Shown here: piece after piece, positions 1 through 9,673 of the stretch
How positions within the stretch are numbered: the stretch's first letter is position 1
How the letters are laid out: every line of letters begins with the position of its first letter
Origin: Cupriavidus necator
GTDB lineage: Bacteria > Pseudomonadota > Gammaproteobacteria > Burkholderiales > Burkholderiaceae
Length of the DNA stretch: 32,000 nt
Direction: 5' to 3'
Assembly (NCBI RefSeq): GCF_016127575.1
Contig: NZ_CP066018.1
Location: forward strand, 420,001 to 452,000
Notes under the pieces: generated by a model
The model's input: the letters and a program-made list of their open reading frames with translations, nothing else
Database searches by the model: none
Told to the model about the DNA's origin: nothing
Position numbers and translations under genes: made by a program

Positions 1-120
1 GTGGATTATTCCAGTTAAACAGCTTTTACCATTGCGTATGCAATACAGGTGCAGACGCATGCCCGTGCATGCATCCGCACGCATCGCCTGGCCGGGACCG
101 CGCGGCCGGCCCCGGCGACC

Positions 121-822
121 CTACTTTGCGTCCTTCTCGACCTCGAGCGTCACCCGGCGCGGACGGCCGCTCTCGGCCGGGAAGTCGGTAAAGGCGCTGC
201 GGATCAGGTAGGGCATGACCGCAGGCAGGCTGCCGTTCTCGGTCTGGTTCTGCGCGGTGACCTGGTAGACCCGCTTGCCGCTGGCCGCATCCCTGAAATA
301 CACCCGCAGGCTGGAGAACGTCACCGAAATGTCGCGCACCACGGTCTGCGGCGGCCAGTAGCCCGGGCCCCATGGGCCCCACGGACCCCAGGGCCCGTAC
401 GGGCGGTAGTAGCCAGGCCCCCAGTACGGGCCCCACGGGCCGTACCACGGGTCCGGGTAGACGGTCTCGGCCACGCGCACGATGCCGGGCGCGGCATCGA
501 AATCCATGCTGACGCGATAGCGCGCCTGTTTCGCCGGCACCTGCTCGAAGCCGATCCCCGCCAGCGCCGTGGCCAGCCACTGCTCATAGGTCTGGCGGTC
601 CAGCTGCGCCGCCTGCTCGGCGCTGCGCTCGAAGCTGTAGGTGCGCGGCGCATCGTTCTGCCAGCCGGGCTGGCGGAACGCCGTGACATCGGTCACCACG
701 GTGCTGGCGCACCCCGACAGCAGCAGCGCCGCCAGCAACGCCATCGCCCCCCAACACCCGCGCGGCCCCGGCCACGCGCCTGCCGCTCCTGCATTGCCGA
801 CACCGCCTGCGCGCTGCCACAT
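121..822 (-). CDS. DUF4136-like outer-membrane lipoprotein with aromatic-Gly-Pro repeat block
   Basis: Track ORF 121..981 trimmed to the ATG at 822 (alternative ATG at 744). The N-terminus MALLAALLLSGC is a lipobox. The body (TYSFERS...YRVSMDFD...LRVYFRDAASGKRVYQVTAQ) resembles DUF4136 lipoproteins as I recall them. It lies divergent to pepN. Confidence 0.65.
   Translation of the reverse strand: MWQRAGGVGNAGAAGAWPGPRGCWGAMALLAALLLSGCASTVVTDVTAFRQPGWQNDAPRTYSFERSAEQAAQLDRQTYEQWLATALAGIGFEQVPAKQARYRVSMDFDAAPGIVRVAETVYPDPWYGPWGPYWGPGYYRPYGPWGPWGPWGPGYWPPQTVVRDISVTFSSLRVYFRDAASGKRVYQVTAQNQTENGSLPAVMPYLIRSAFTDFPAESGRPRRVTLEVEKDAK
346..456 (-). repeat. In-frame low-complexity block PDPWYGPWGPYWGPGYYRPYGPWGPWGPWGPGYWPPQ (GPW/GPY repeats)
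   Basis: Read from the translation of ORF 121..981. The nucleotide sequence shows reiterated ccccaXgg/cccgta units at 361-450. Confidence 0.7.
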
Positions 823-1026
823 AGTGCTACCTCGCTTTCCTCTGAATACCCACGTGTCTCTGAGACCACGCCGCCGGCGCGGAATTCCCCGCAGCATGCC
901 GATGCCGTGCCGCGCCGGGCCGCGCCCCGACCCCTTGGCTACAATGAGGACTTCAGCGCCATGCTTCGCTGCCGCGCGCATGGCCCGCCCCCTTTCCTAA
1001 CGGTCTTCCGAAGACAGGATCTTTCC

Positions 1027-3723
1027 ATGCTGCGCACCGACACGCCCGTTACCGTCTATCGCAAAGACTATACCCCGCCGCCGTTCGCCATCGACCACGC
1101 CGAACTGGTGCTGGACCTCGATCCCCAGCGCACCTTGGTCACCAGCACGCTGCGCTTCGCGCGCCAGGCCGGCGCGCCCGACGCACCGCTGGTGCTGGCC
1201 GGCGAGGAACTCGAACTGATCGGCGTCAGCCTGGACGGCAAGCCGGTCGCCGACGCGACCCAGGATGCCGGCACGCTGACCATCCCCGGCCTGCCGGCGC
1301 AGGGCACGCTGGAGATCACCACCGCTTGCCAGCCCGCGGCCAATACCACGCTGTCGGGCCTGTATGTGTCCAACGGCAACTTCTTCACCCAGTGCGAAGC
1401 CGAGGGCTTCCGCCGCATCACCTACTTCCTGGACCGCCCCGACGTGATGGCGACCTACCGCGTCACGCTGCGCGCCGACCGCGCCGCCTATCCGGTGCTG
1501 CTGTCCAACGGCAACCTGGTGGGCCAGCGCGAACTGCCCGACGGCCGCCATGAAGCCGTATGGGAAGACCCGTTCCGCAAGCCGGCCTACCTGTTCGCGC
1601 TGGTCGCGGGCAAGCTCGAATGCATCGAGGAACGGATCCAGTCCGCCTCCGGCAAGGACAAGCTGCTGCAGGTCTGGGTCGAGGCGCGCGACCTCGACAA
1701 GACCCGCCACGCCATGGATTCGCTGATCCATTCGATCCGCTGGGACGAGCGCCGCTTCGGGCTGGAACTGGACCTGGACCGCTTCATGATCGTCGCCGTG
1801 GGCGACTTCAACATGGGCGCGATGGAGAACAAGGGCCTGAACATCTTCAACACCAAGTACGTGCTGGCCAACGCGCAGACCGCCACCGACACCGACTTCG
1901 CCAATATCGAGGCGGTGGTCGGCCACGAGTACTTCCACAACTGGACCGGCAACCGCGTGACCTGCCGCGACTGGTTCCAGCTTTCGCTCAAGGAAGGCCT
2001 GACGGTGTTCCGCGACCAGGAGTTCTCGGCCGACATGATGGGCTCGGAATCCGGCCGCGCGGTCAAGCGCATCGAGGACGTGCGCGTGCTGCGCCAGGTG
2101 CAGTTCCCCGAGGACGCCGGCCCGATGGCGCACCCGGTGCGCCCCGACAGCTACGAAGAGATCAACAACTTCTACACGGTCACCGTGTATGAGAAAGGCG
2201 CCGAAGTCGTGCGCATGTACCAGACCCTGCTCGGCCGCGAGGGCTTCCGCAAGGGCATGGACCTGTACTTCCAGCGCCATGACGGCCAGGCTGTCACCTG
2301 CGACGACTTCCGCGCGGCCATGGCCGATGCCAACGGCCGCGACCTGACGCAGTTCGGCCTGTGGTACAGCCAGGCCGGCACCCCGGTGGTGACGGCGCGC
2401 ACGGACTGGAACGGCGACGACGGCAGCCTGACCCTGACGCTGTCGCAGCGCTGCCCCAAGGTCGGCATCGAGACCCGCGCCGGCACGCCCGAGAAGCAGC
2501 CCTTCCATATCCCGTTCGCGCTCGGACTGCTTGGCGCAGACGGCAAGGACCTGCCGCTGCAGCTCGAAGGCGAAAGCACGCCCGGGGCGACCACGCGCGT
2601 GCTCGACTTCACGCAGGCCGAGCAGAGCTTCCGCTTCATCAACCTGCCGCGCGGCGCCAGTGCCCCGCTGCCCTCGCTGCTGCGCAACTTCTCGGCGCCG
2701 GTGATCGTCGATGCCGAGTACACCGACGCGCAGCTGACCTTCCAGCTGTCGCACGACAGCGATGCCTTCAACCGCTGGGAAGCCGGCCAGCGCCTGGCCA
2801 CGCGCGCGCTGCTGCAGCTGGTGGCCGAGGTCCAGGCCGGGCGCGAGCTCAAGCTCGATCCCGCGCTGGTGCAGGCCATGCGCGCCGTGCTCACCGACGA
2901 CACGCTCAACCCCGCCTTCCGCGAACAGGCGCTGGTGCTGCCCGCCGAGGCCTACCTGGCCGAGCGCATGGGCGTGGCCGATCCCGCCGCCATCCACCGC
3001 GCCCGCCAGTTCATGCGCGAAGGCCTGGCGCGCGCGCTGCAGGCCGACTGGCTCGCCGCCTACGAGGGCAACGCCACGCCGGGCGCCTACTCGCCCGATG
3101 CCACCTCCGCCGCCAGGCGCGCACTGCGCAACCTGGCGCTCGGCTACCTGGCCGACGGCGGCGATGCCGCAATGCAGGCGCTGGCCGAGCAGCAGTACCA
3201 GAACGCCGACAACATGACCGACCGCTTCGCCGCGCTGTCGGCGCTGGTCAACAGCTTCGCCCCCGGCCGCGAGCACGCGCTGGCGGACTTCTACGAGCGC
3301 TTCGAGGACGACCCGCTGGTGATCGACAAATGGTTCTCGCTGCAAGGCATGCAGCGCGGTGACGTCGGCCCGCACGCCGGCAAGCGCACCATCGACACCG
3401 TGCTCGCGCTGATGGAGCACCCCGCCTTCAACCTGCGCAACCCCAACCGCGCGCGTTCGCTGATCTTCAGCTTCTGCTCCGGCAACCCGGCCCAGTTCCA
3501 CGCCCAGGACGGCTCGGGCTACCGCTTCTGGGCCGACCAGGTGCTGGCGCTCGACGCCATCAACCCGCAAGTGGCGGCGCGCCTGGCGCGGGTGATGGAC
3601 CGCTGGCAGAAGTACGAACTGGCGCTGCGCGACCGCATGCGCGCCGAACTGGAACGCGTCGCCGCCAGCAGCACGCTGTCGCGCGACGTGCGCGAGATCG
3701 TGGGCAAGGCGCTGGCCGCCTGA
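1027..3723 (+). CDS. pepN: Aminopeptidase N (M1 family)
   Basis: Track ORF 49..3723 trimmed to ATG 1027 ([20 protein letters not shown], a typical PepN N-terminus), giving 898 aa. GAMEN motif at 1816-1830. HEYFH zinc motif at 1924-1938, followed by [13 protein letters not shown]. Confidence 0.95.
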   Translation: MLRTDTPVTVYRKDYTPPPFAIDHAELVLDLDPQRTLVTSTLRFARQAGAPDAPLVLAGEELELIGVSLDGKPVADATQDAGTLTIPGLPAQGTLEITTACQPAANTTLSGLYVSNGNFFTQCEAEGFRRITYFLDRPDVMATYRVTLRADRAAYPVLLSNGNLVGQRELPDGRHEAVWEDPFRKPAYLFALVAGKLECIEERIQSASGKDKLLQVWVEARDLDKTRHAMDSLIHSIRWDERRFGLELDLDRFMIVAVGDFNMGAMENKGLNIFNTKYVLANAQTATDTDFANIEAVVGHEYFHNWTGNRVTCRDWFQLSLKEGLTVFRDQEFSADMMGSESGRAVKRIEDVRVLRQVQFPEDAGPMAHPVRPDSYEEINNFYTVTVYEKGAEVVRMYQTLLGREGFRKGMDLYFQRHDGQAVTCDDFRAAMADANGRDLTQFGLWYSQAGTPVVTARTDWNGDDGSLTLTLSQRCPKVGIETRAGTPEKQPFHIPFALGLLGADGKDLPLQLEGESTPGATTRVLDFTQAEQSFRFINLPRGASAPLPSLLRNFSAPVIVDAEYTDAQLTFQLSHDSDAFNRWEAGQRLATRALLQLVAEVQAGRELKLDPALVQAMRAVLTDDTLNPAFREQALVLPAEAYLAERMGVADPAAIHRARQFMREGLARALQADWLAAYEGNATPGAYSPDATSAARRALRNLALGYLADGGDAAMQALAEQQYQNADNMTDRFAALSALVNSFAPGREHALADFYERFEDDPLVIDKWFSLQGMQRGDVGPHAGKRTIDTVLALMEHPAFNLRNPNRARSLIFSFCSGNPAQFHAQDGSGYRFWADQVLALDAINPQVAARLARVMDRWQKYELALRDRMRAELERVAASSTLSRDVREIVGKALAA

Positions 3724-3821
3724 GCGGCGGGAACGACACAAGGAGGCCCGCCAACGCCCCCCTTTGCCCGGCCAAGCGCGGCCGGGCATGTAGAATTGCG
3801 GCCATCCAAGGAGAACCAACC

Positions 3822-4838
3822 ATGACTCGCATCAGCCTCACCCGCTACCTGGTCGAGGAGCAGCGCAAGCACAACACGATCCAGCCCGAACTGCGGCTGC
3901 TGATCGAAGTGGTCGCGCGCGCCTGCAAGGCCATTTCCAACGCTGTCAGCAAGGGCGCCCTCGCCGGCGTGCTGGGCTCGGCCGGCACCGGCAATGTCCA
4001 GGGCGAAACCCAGCAGAAGCTGGACGTGATCGCCAATGAAGTGCTGCTCGACGCCAACGAATGGGGCGGCCACCTCGCCGCGATGGCGTCGGAAGAAATG
4101 GAATCGTTCTACGAGATTCCCAACCGCTACCCGAAGGGCGAATACCTGCTGATGTTCGACCCGCTGGACGGCTCGTCGAACATTGACGTCAACGTCTCGA
4201 TCGGCACCATCTTCTCGGTGCTGCACATGCCCAAGCCGGGCCAGACCGTGACCGAGGCCGACTTCATGCAGCCCGGCACCCACCAGGTCGCCGCCGGCTA
4301 CGCTGTCTACGGCCCGCAGACCACCCTGGTGCTGACCGTCGGCAACGGCGTGCACATGTTCACGCTCGACCGCGAGGCAGGCAGCTTCGTGCTGACGCAC
4401 TCCAATGTGACGATCCCGGACGACACCAAGGAATTCGCCATCAACATGTCGAACATGCGCCACTGGGCCCCGCCCGTGCGCCGCTATATCGACGAATGCC
4501 TGGCCGGCGAAGAAGGCCCGCGCGGCAAGAACTTCAACATGCGCTGGGTCGCCTCGATGGTCGCCGACGTGCACCGCATCCTGACCCGCGGCGGCGTCTT
4601 CATGTACCCGTGGGACAAGCGCGAGCCGGAAAAACCCGGCAAGCTGCGCCTGATGTACGAAGCCAACCCGATGGCCATGCTGGTTGAACAGGCCGGCGGC
4701 GCCGCCACCAACGGCCACCAGCGCATCATGGACGTGCAGCCCGAAAAACTGCACCAGCGCGTCTCCGTGATCCTGGGCTCCAAGAACGAAGTGGAACGCG
4801 TCACCCGCTACCACCTGGAAGCCGAAGACAAGGCCTGA
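3822..4838 (+). CDS. fbp: Fructose-1,6-bisphosphatase class 1
   Basis: 338 aa. The N-terminus [12 protein letters not shown]-like and the [20 protein letters not shown] metal-binding motif are typical of class I FBPase. GGAG lies upstream of the ATG. Confidence 0.93.
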   Translation: MTRISLTRYLVEEQRKHNTIQPELRLLIEVVARACKAISNAVSKGALAGVLGSAGTGNVQGETQQKLDVIANEVLLDANEWGGHLAAMASEEMESFYEIPNRYPKGEYLLMFDPLDGSSNIDVNVSIGTIFSVLHMPKPGQTVTEADFMQPGTHQVAAGYAVYGPQTTLVLTVGNGVHMFTLDREAGSFVLTHSNVTIPDDTKEFAINMSNMRHWAPPVRRYIDECLAGEEGPRGKNFNMRWVASMVADVHRILTRGGVFMYPWDKREPEKPGKLRLMYEANPMAMLVEQAGGAATNGHQRIMDVQPEKLHQRVSVILGSKNEVERVTRYHLEAEDKA

Positions 4839-4861
4839 TTCCGGCCGAGCGGCAACAGGAC

Positions 4862-4892
4862 GGGGCGCCCAGGTGGCGCCCCGTTTTCTTTT
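4862..4892 (+). terminator. Rho-independent terminator after fbp
   Basis: GGGGCGCC-caggt-GGCGCCCC stem-loop followed by GTTTTCTTTT. Confidence 0.75.
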
Positions 4893-4988
4893 GGCCCCGG
4901 CCGGATGGCACGGGCGACACAAAAGGGGTTCACAAGGCGGAAAAACGCTGCTACTATTGCGGGCTGTTCCAGTTCACCGGAACATGTT

Positions 4989-5064
4989 GCCGAAGTAGCT
5001 CAGTCGGTAGAGCAGCTCATTCGTAATGAGAAGGTCGGGGGTTCGATTCCTCTCTTCGGCACCA
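4989..5064 (+). tRNA. tRNA-Thr (anticodon CGU)
   Basis: 76 nt folded by hand into a cloverleaf. Acceptor stem GCCGAAG/CTTCGGC, D arm GCTC-AGTCGGTA-GAGC, anticodon loop TTCGTAA (CGT at 5022-5024), T arm GGGGG-TTCGATT-CCTCT, encoded CCA. Confidence 0.9.
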
Positions 5065-5096
5065 CAGAATTCCAGGGCATCGCCCACACAAGCAAA

Positions 5097-5130
5097 CCCG
5101 GACAGCATCACGCTCTCCGGGTTTTTTGTT
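5097..5130 (+). terminator. Rho-independent terminator after tRNA-Thr
   Basis: CCCGGA-13 nt-TCCGGG followed by TTTTTTGTT. Confidence 0.65.
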
Positions 5131-5406
5131 GCCTGTGATCGGGCAAAGTCGGCGGTGGCAGCGGGCGCCCCAGCCGATGCGCCCACCAGTAACGGAAAGG
5201 ATGGTCGAAATCGGGATAAAGCACCGGCTGGCTGAAGCAGCCGGCACGCTTCATCAGGAGGTAGGCAGCAAGCATGGCCGCCCAAAAAACTAGCAGTTCC
5301 ACGATAACGGCCACCCTTGGATTTACAGGTGGCTGTTTTCATTATAGGTAGCCGCCTACCCCAGGGGGACGATGGCGCACCCGTGCAAACCCTAGGGGCT
5401 GTTCCC

Positions 5407-6324
5407 TCAATACACATCCGGAACGATCATCTCCTTCGGCACCGGTTGCCGCACATAGTCCTCATGCCGTTCGCGCCCCGGCAGCACCACGCTGGGCGCC
5501 TCCACTTCCGCATAGGGCACCTGGCTCAGCAGGTGATGGATGCAGTTCAGCCGTGCGCGCTTCTTGTCGTCGGCCTGCACCACCCACCACGGCGCCTCGG
5601 CAATATGCGTGCGCTCGAGCATGATTTCCTTGGCCTTGGTGTAGTCCTCCCAGCGGCGCTGCGATTCCAGGTCCATCGGGCTCAGCTTCCACTGCTTGAG
5701 CGGATCGTGGATGCGGCTGAGGAAGCGCAGGCGCTGTTCGTCGTGCGTGATCGAGAACCAGTACTTGAACACCTGGATGCCGGAGCGCACCAGCATCCTT
5801 TCGAACTCGGGCACTGAGCGGAAGAACTCCTCGTACTGGTCGTCGGAGCAGAAGCCCATCACGCGCTCGACGCCGGCGCGGTTGTACCAGCTGCGGTCGA
5901 ACAGCACGATCTCGCCGGCGGCGGGCAAGTGTGCCACGTAGCGCTGGAAGTACCACTGGGTGCGTTCGCGGTCGTTGGGCGCTGGCAGCGCCGCCACGCG
6001 GCAGACGCGCGGGTTCAGGCGCTGCGTGATGCGCTTGATCACGCCGCCCTTGCCGGCGGCGTCGCGTCCTTCGAAGATGATGACGATCTTGTGTCCGGTG
6101 GCTGCCACCCAGCTCTGCAGCCGCACCAGTTCGCCCTGCAGGCGGAACAGCTCGCGGAAATAGTGGCGGCGGCTGTCCTGCTCGGCCTCGTCGTCCAGGT
6201 GCACCGGATCGCCGAAGGCCTCGCTGGCTTCGCGGTCGTCCAGTTCCAGTTCGATCTCTTCGTCGTAGTAGTCGGCCACCTCGTTGTGGATGCGCCGCAC
6301 CAACTCTGCTTCGCCCGGTCTCAT
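5407..6324 (-). CDS. ppk2: Polyphosphate kinase 2
   Basis: Track ORF 5407..6507 trimmed to ATG 6324, with GGGAGAG about 8 nt upstream. Walker A-like FEGRDAAGKGG and the motifs FDRSWYNR and QWKLSPMD are typical of single-domain PPK2. Confidence 0.9.
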   Translation of the reverse strand: MRPGEAELVRRIHNEVADYYDEEIELELDDREASEAFGDPVHLDDEAEQDSRRHYFRELFRLQGELVRLQSWVAATGHKIVIIFEGRDAAGKGGVIKRITQRLNPRVCRVAALPAPNDRERTQWYFQRYVAHLPAAGEIVLFDRSWYNRAGVERVMGFCSDDQYEEFFRSVPEFERMLVRSGIQVFKYWFSITHDEQRLRFLSRIHDPLKQWKLSPMDLESQRRWEDYTKAKEIMLERTHIAEAPWWVVQADDKKRARLNCIHHLLSQVPYAEVEAPSVVLPGRERHEDYVRQPVPKEMIVPDVY

Positions 6325-6454
6325 CTGATCTGCTCTCCCTGTGGATACAACGCGGTCGCGCCGATACTCGCATGCCGGTATTGCAGCCGCGTGAAAGCGG
6401 GGCAGGCCACCCGCCCTGCCCCGCCTTCCTGCCTGTCCCTGCAGATTACGCCAG

Positions 6455-7843
6455 TTACGCCGCCGGATTGATGTTGTGGTTGTGGCGGAACAGGTTGCCC
6501 GGGTCATAGCGCCGCTTCACCTCGACCAGCCGGTCGTAGTTGGGCCCGTAGGCCGCGCCGATGCGGTCGGTTTCTTCCTGCGTCAGGAAGTTCACATAGA
6601 CGCTGCCCAGCGCGAAGGGCGCTGCCGCGCGGAACACTTCACGGGCCCAGCTGATGCACTTGTCGTCGTCAGCGGGCGCGTCCCAGCGCCCGTGCAGGTT
6701 CATGATGAAGTTGGCATCGCGGCTGGCATAGGCGGTCGCATCGGGCGCGACGCGGTTGGTCTGCCCGCCCATGGCGCCGATAAAGACCTCGCATTGCGGC
6801 GAGGGCAGCTTGCCGATCTGTTCGATCAGCATCGTGATCAGGCCGTCGTCCAGCCCGGCGAAGTTGTGCGATTTCCAGTAGTTGCGAGCGCCCGGTGTCA
6901 GCAACGGATCGAAGGCCTGCTGCCATGCCGTGAGCGGCATCGGGCCGAGATGCTCGCCATAGGGCGTGCCGAGCTTGCGCAACGGCTCGACCAGTTCGGG
7001 GCCTTTGTCAGGCGGGCCGATATAGCAGATCGCCAGTGCCGCGACCGGCTTGCCGTGCGTCTCGGGCGGCAGGAACGGCAGCGGCGGCGCCTGGCGCAGC
7101 ACCACCCAGACGGTCAGCTCGTCAGGCATCGACTTGAACAGTTCACGGTAGGCCGGCAACACCGCGGCGGCCTGTTCCAGCGGATAGACGATCAGCCCGC
7201 CATAGATCTCGGGGCCGACCGGGTGCAGCCGGAACTCGAACATCGTCACCACGCCGAAGTTGCCGCCGCCGCCGCGCAGCGCCCAGAACAGGTCGGCGTT
7301 CTCGTCGGCGCTGGCGCGCACCAGCTTGCCGTCGGCGGTCACGACCTGTGCCGATACCAGGTTGTCGACGGTGGTACCGAACTTGCGGCTGAGCCAGCCG
7401 AAGCCGCCGCCGAGCGTCAGCCCGGCCACGCCGGTGGTGGAGTTGATGCCCAGTGGCGTGGCGAGGCCGAAGGCCTGCGCCTCATGGTCGAAATCGCGCA
7501 GCGTGGCGCCGGGCTCCACATAGCCGCGTTGCGCGTGGGGATCGATGCGCACGGATTTCATCTGCGACAGATCCAGCACCATGCCGTCCTCGCAGATCGC
7601 CAGCCCGCCGATATTGTGGCCGCCGCCGCGTATCGACAGCAGCACGCCATGGTCGCGCGCGAAGTTGACCGCGGCGATCACGTCGGCAGCGCCCGCGGCC
7701 TGCACGATCAGTGGCGGACGGCGGTCGATCATCGCGTTCCAGATGCGGCGCGCTTCGTCGTAGCCGCTGTCGTCCGGCTGCAGCAGGCGCCCGCGCAACT
7801 GCGCCTTGAGTGCCTCAATGTGTTCCTGCGATGGCTGGGCCAT
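6455..7843 (-). CDS. FAD-binding oxidoreductase (VAO/BBE-type, FAD_binding_4 plus BBE C-terminus)
   Basis: Track ORF 6455..7912 trimmed to ATG 7843 (GGGAGG SD upstream). SIRGGGHNIGG FAD motif. The C-terminal YDPGNLFRHNHNINP is berberine-bridge-like. Confidence 0.85.
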   Translation of the reverse strand: MAQPSQEHIEALKAQLRGRLLQPDDSGYDEARRIWNAMIDRRPPLIVQAAGAADVIAAVNFARDHGVLLSIRGGGHNIGGLAICEDGMVLDLSQMKSVRIDPHAQRGYVEPGATLRDFDHEAQAFGLATPLGINSTTGVAGLTLGGGFGWLSRKFGTTVDNLVSAQVVTADGKLVRASADENADLFWALRGGGGNFGVVTMFEFRLHPVGPEIYGGLIVYPLEQAAAVLPAYRELFKSMPDELTVWVVLRQAPPLPFLPPETHGKPVAALAICYIGPPDKGPELVEPLRKLGTPYGEHLGPMPLTAWQQAFDPLLTPGARNYWKSHNFAGLDDGLITMLIEQIGKLPSPQCEVFIGAMGGQTNRVAPDATAYASRDANFIMNLHGRWDAPADDDKCISWAREVFRAAAPFALGSVYVNFLTQEETDRIGAAYGPNYDRLVEVKRRYDPGNLFRHNHNINPAA

Positions 7844-8088
7844 AGTGTGCCTCCCGATGCTGGTTGGAAACATCGGACGGCGCGCGGCGTCTGGGTGCAG
7901 GGAAATGGCCACGAGGACCGATGACTAGATCATTTAAGGCAGTCACCGCTTGAATGTAAATGGGGCTCTGGCCCCACGCGCACAATCCCCATGGCAAGTG
8001 CCGCAACGCGTTCATGCCGCCCCGCCACCCTGCCGGCCTATCATGAATGAACAGCCGGGACGGCGCCCTCGCGCCGTCCGTCCGCACC

Positions 8089-9201
8089 ATGAACACAGCC
8101 AGCCACCCTCCCCTGTTCCTGTGCGGCGACGTGATGACCGGGCGCGGCATCGACCAGATCCTCGCGCATCCGAGCCAGCCGCTGCTGCATGAATCGTATG
8201 TACATTCAGCGCTCGACTACGTGCGCCTGGCCGAGCATAAGGCCGGCCCGATCGCACGCCCCGCCGCGCCGGAATACCCCTGGGGCGATGCCCTGGCGGA
8301 GCTGGAAAGCCGCGCTGCGCGGCCGCGCATCGTCAACCTGGAAACCGCCATCACCACCAGCGACGATGTCTGGCCCGGCAAGGCGGTGCACTATCGCATG
8401 CATCCGGGCAATGTCGCCTGCCTGCAGGCCGCCGGCATCGACTGCGCGGTGCTGGCCAACAACCATGTGATGGACTGGGGACGCGCGGGCCTGACGGATA
8501 CGCTGGCAGCGCTGGACGGCGCGCATATCGCGCATGCCGGCGCCGGCCCCGACGAGGCAAGCGCGGCGCACGCCGCACTGCTGCCGCGGCCCGGCGGCGG
8601 CCGCGTGCTGGTGCTGGCCCTTGCCATGGAAAATGCCGGCACCCCCGCGGCCTGGCGCGCCAGCGCCGGACATTCCGGCGTGAACCTGCTGGAAGACTGG
8701 TCGGTGGCATCGCGCGAACGCATTGCCGCGCAGGTGCGCAAGTTCAGGCGTGCCGGCGACATCGTGGTGGTATCGATCCACTGGGGCCCGAACTGGGGCT
8801 ACCACATCGACCCCGCGCAACGCTCCTTCGCCCGCGCGCTGGTAGAGGGCGGCGAAATCGACATCGTGCACGGGCATTCCTCGCATCATCCGCTCGGGAT
8901 TGAGCTGCATGCCGGCAAGCCGATCCTGTACGGCTGCGGCGATTTCATCAACGACTACGAAGGCATCGGTGGCTACGACGAATATCGGCCGGACCTGGCG
9001 CTGATGGCCTTTGTCAGCTTCGATGCCGGCGGCAGCGCCGACCTGCGGCTGGTGCCGTTGCGGCGCAGCCATTTCCGTCTGGCCTACGCGCGCGAAGTGG
9101 ATATGGCGTGGCTGCAGGCCATGTTTGAAGACGAGGGACGGGCACTCGGCACCCGGGTGGAGCGCAGCGGCTTGCATGAACTGCGTTTGCGGGCGGCATA
9201 A
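8089..9201 (+). CDS. CapA-family (PGA_cap, metallophosphatase-like) protein
   Basis: LFLCGDVMTGRGIDQIL near the N-terminus, NNHVMDWG, and HGHSSHHP. The start is ambiguous (ATG 8047 or 8089) and neither has a clear SD. Confidence 0.8.
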   Translation: MNTASHPPLFLCGDVMTGRGIDQILAHPSQPLLHESYVHSALDYVRLAEHKAGPIARPAAPEYPWGDALAELESRAARPRIVNLETAITTSDDVWPGKAVHYRMHPGNVACLQAAGIDCAVLANNHVMDWGRAGLTDTLAALDGAHIAHAGAGPDEASAAHAALLPRPGGGRVLVLALAMENAGTPAAWRASAGHSGVNLLEDWSVASRERIAAQVRKFRRAGDIVVVSIHWGPNWGYHIDPAQRSFARALVEGGEIDIVHGHSSHHPLGIELHAGKPILYGCGDFINDYEGIGGYDEYRPDLALMAFVSFDAGGSADLRLVPLRRSHFRLAYAREVDMAWLQAMFEDEGRALGTRVERSGLHELRLRAA

Positions 9202-9213
9202 ACCCCAGCCCAT

Positions 9214-9238
9214 GAAAAAGCCCGCCGTTGCGGCGGGC
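9214..9238 (-). terminator. Intrinsic terminator for the 51-aa gene (hairpin shared with convergent capA-like gene)
   Basis: GCCCGCC-5 nt-GGCGGGC at 9220-9238. On the minus strand it is followed by TTTTTC. On the plus strand there is no T-run. Confidence 0.6.
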
Positions 9239-9262
9239 TGCACGAAAGCCAATCGCCAGGCG

Positions 9263-9418
9263 TCAGTGGCGATGGATCATGTGATCAAACCATGTGCGCA
9301 CTGACTGCTCCTGCTGCTGCAGCAGCGTCGGGTTCTTTTCCCGCAACATCCAGATGGCAAATGCGGCGCACGCAACGAGGGCGATCAGGACCAGCGCGGT
9401 AATCAAGGTCGCGGCCAT
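9263..9418 (-). CDS. Small (51 aa) single-pass membrane protein with His-rich tail, not in the ORF track
   Basis: ATG 9418 is preceded by AAGGAGG with 5-nt spacing. Translation: MAATLITALVLIALVACAAFAIWMLREKNPTLLQQQEQSVRTWFDHMIHRH. A terminator follows. The nucleotides were cross-checked against the overlapping track ORF 9285..9476. Confidence 0.6.
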   Translation of the reverse strand: MAATLITALVLIALVACAAFAIWMLREKNPTLLQQQEQSVRTWFDHMIHRH

Positions 9419-9477
9419 AGCAACCTCCTTTGGGTAATGGTTGCACCTTCAGTGTAGTTCGCCTGGCAGCCGTCACG

Positions 9478-9509
9478 GAAAGCAGAAAGGCCAGCCTTGC
9501 TGGCTGGCC
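9478..9509 (-). terminator. Intrinsic terminator downstream of the DUF342 gene
   Basis: GGCCAGCC-5 nt-GGCTGGCC (9489-9509). On the minus strand it is followed by TTTCTGCTTTCC. Confidence 0.55.
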
Positions 9510-9673
9510 TTCCGGTTATTCCAGTGCCACGTGAGTTGGTTCCGTGTAACGCTTCCGCAGAGTGCTGATCCGCTTCTTCATTCACTGCCCGACTCTAGCT
9601 CTCTCGCCCATCCTGCGGCACCCCAGGACATAACTGCAGCATAGTACAAATCCCCGCGGATAACAGCGCGCGT

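Noticed and set aside
1-60. An AT-rich window edge with the small palindrome ATTGC-gtat-GCAAT and repeated GCATGC motifs.
   Set aside because: It is truncated by the window boundary, so it cannot be tied to any gene. It is probably a terminator or promoter of an off-window neighbour.
49-1026. A 326-aa N-terminal extension of the pepN ORF.
   Set aside because: The extension is low complexity and Arg/Pro/Ala-rich, and it overlaps the divergent lipoprotein gene. A canonical PepN N-terminus begins at ATG 1027.
997-3819. A 940-aa ORF antisense to pepN. Similar giant antisense or out-of-frame ORFs occur at 10484..13495, 19930..22692, 13366..15003, 14354..15970, 17127..18872 and 6476..7924.
   Set aside because: These are typical stop-codon-poor shadow frames of high-GC DNA. 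Their translations are Arg/Ala/Gly/Pro-rich with no recognisable motifs. Each overlaps a gene on the other strand or frame that has clear family signatures.
5108-5314. A 68-aa minus-strand ORF with a hydrophobic N-terminus (MAVIVELLVFWAAMLAAYLL) between tRNA-Thr and ppk2.
   Set aside because: It has a GTG start with only an adjacent AAGG. Its 3' end runs through the tRNA terminator hairpin, and its C-terminal half is Pro/Arg-rich junk. It cannot be excluded but is not supportable from sequence alone.
4989-9201. The tRNA-Thr gene as the attachment site of a genomic island (ppk2, FAD oxidase, CapA-like).
   Set aside because: I saw no integrase, no phage or transposon genes, and no repeat of the tRNA 3' end. 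G+C and gene content look like ordinary chromosome.
8047-9201. The CapA-like gene as evidence of a poly-gamma-glutamate capsule locus.
   Set aside because: No capB/capC (pgsB/pgsC) partners are adjacent. Stand-alone CapA-family metallophosphatase-like genes are common.
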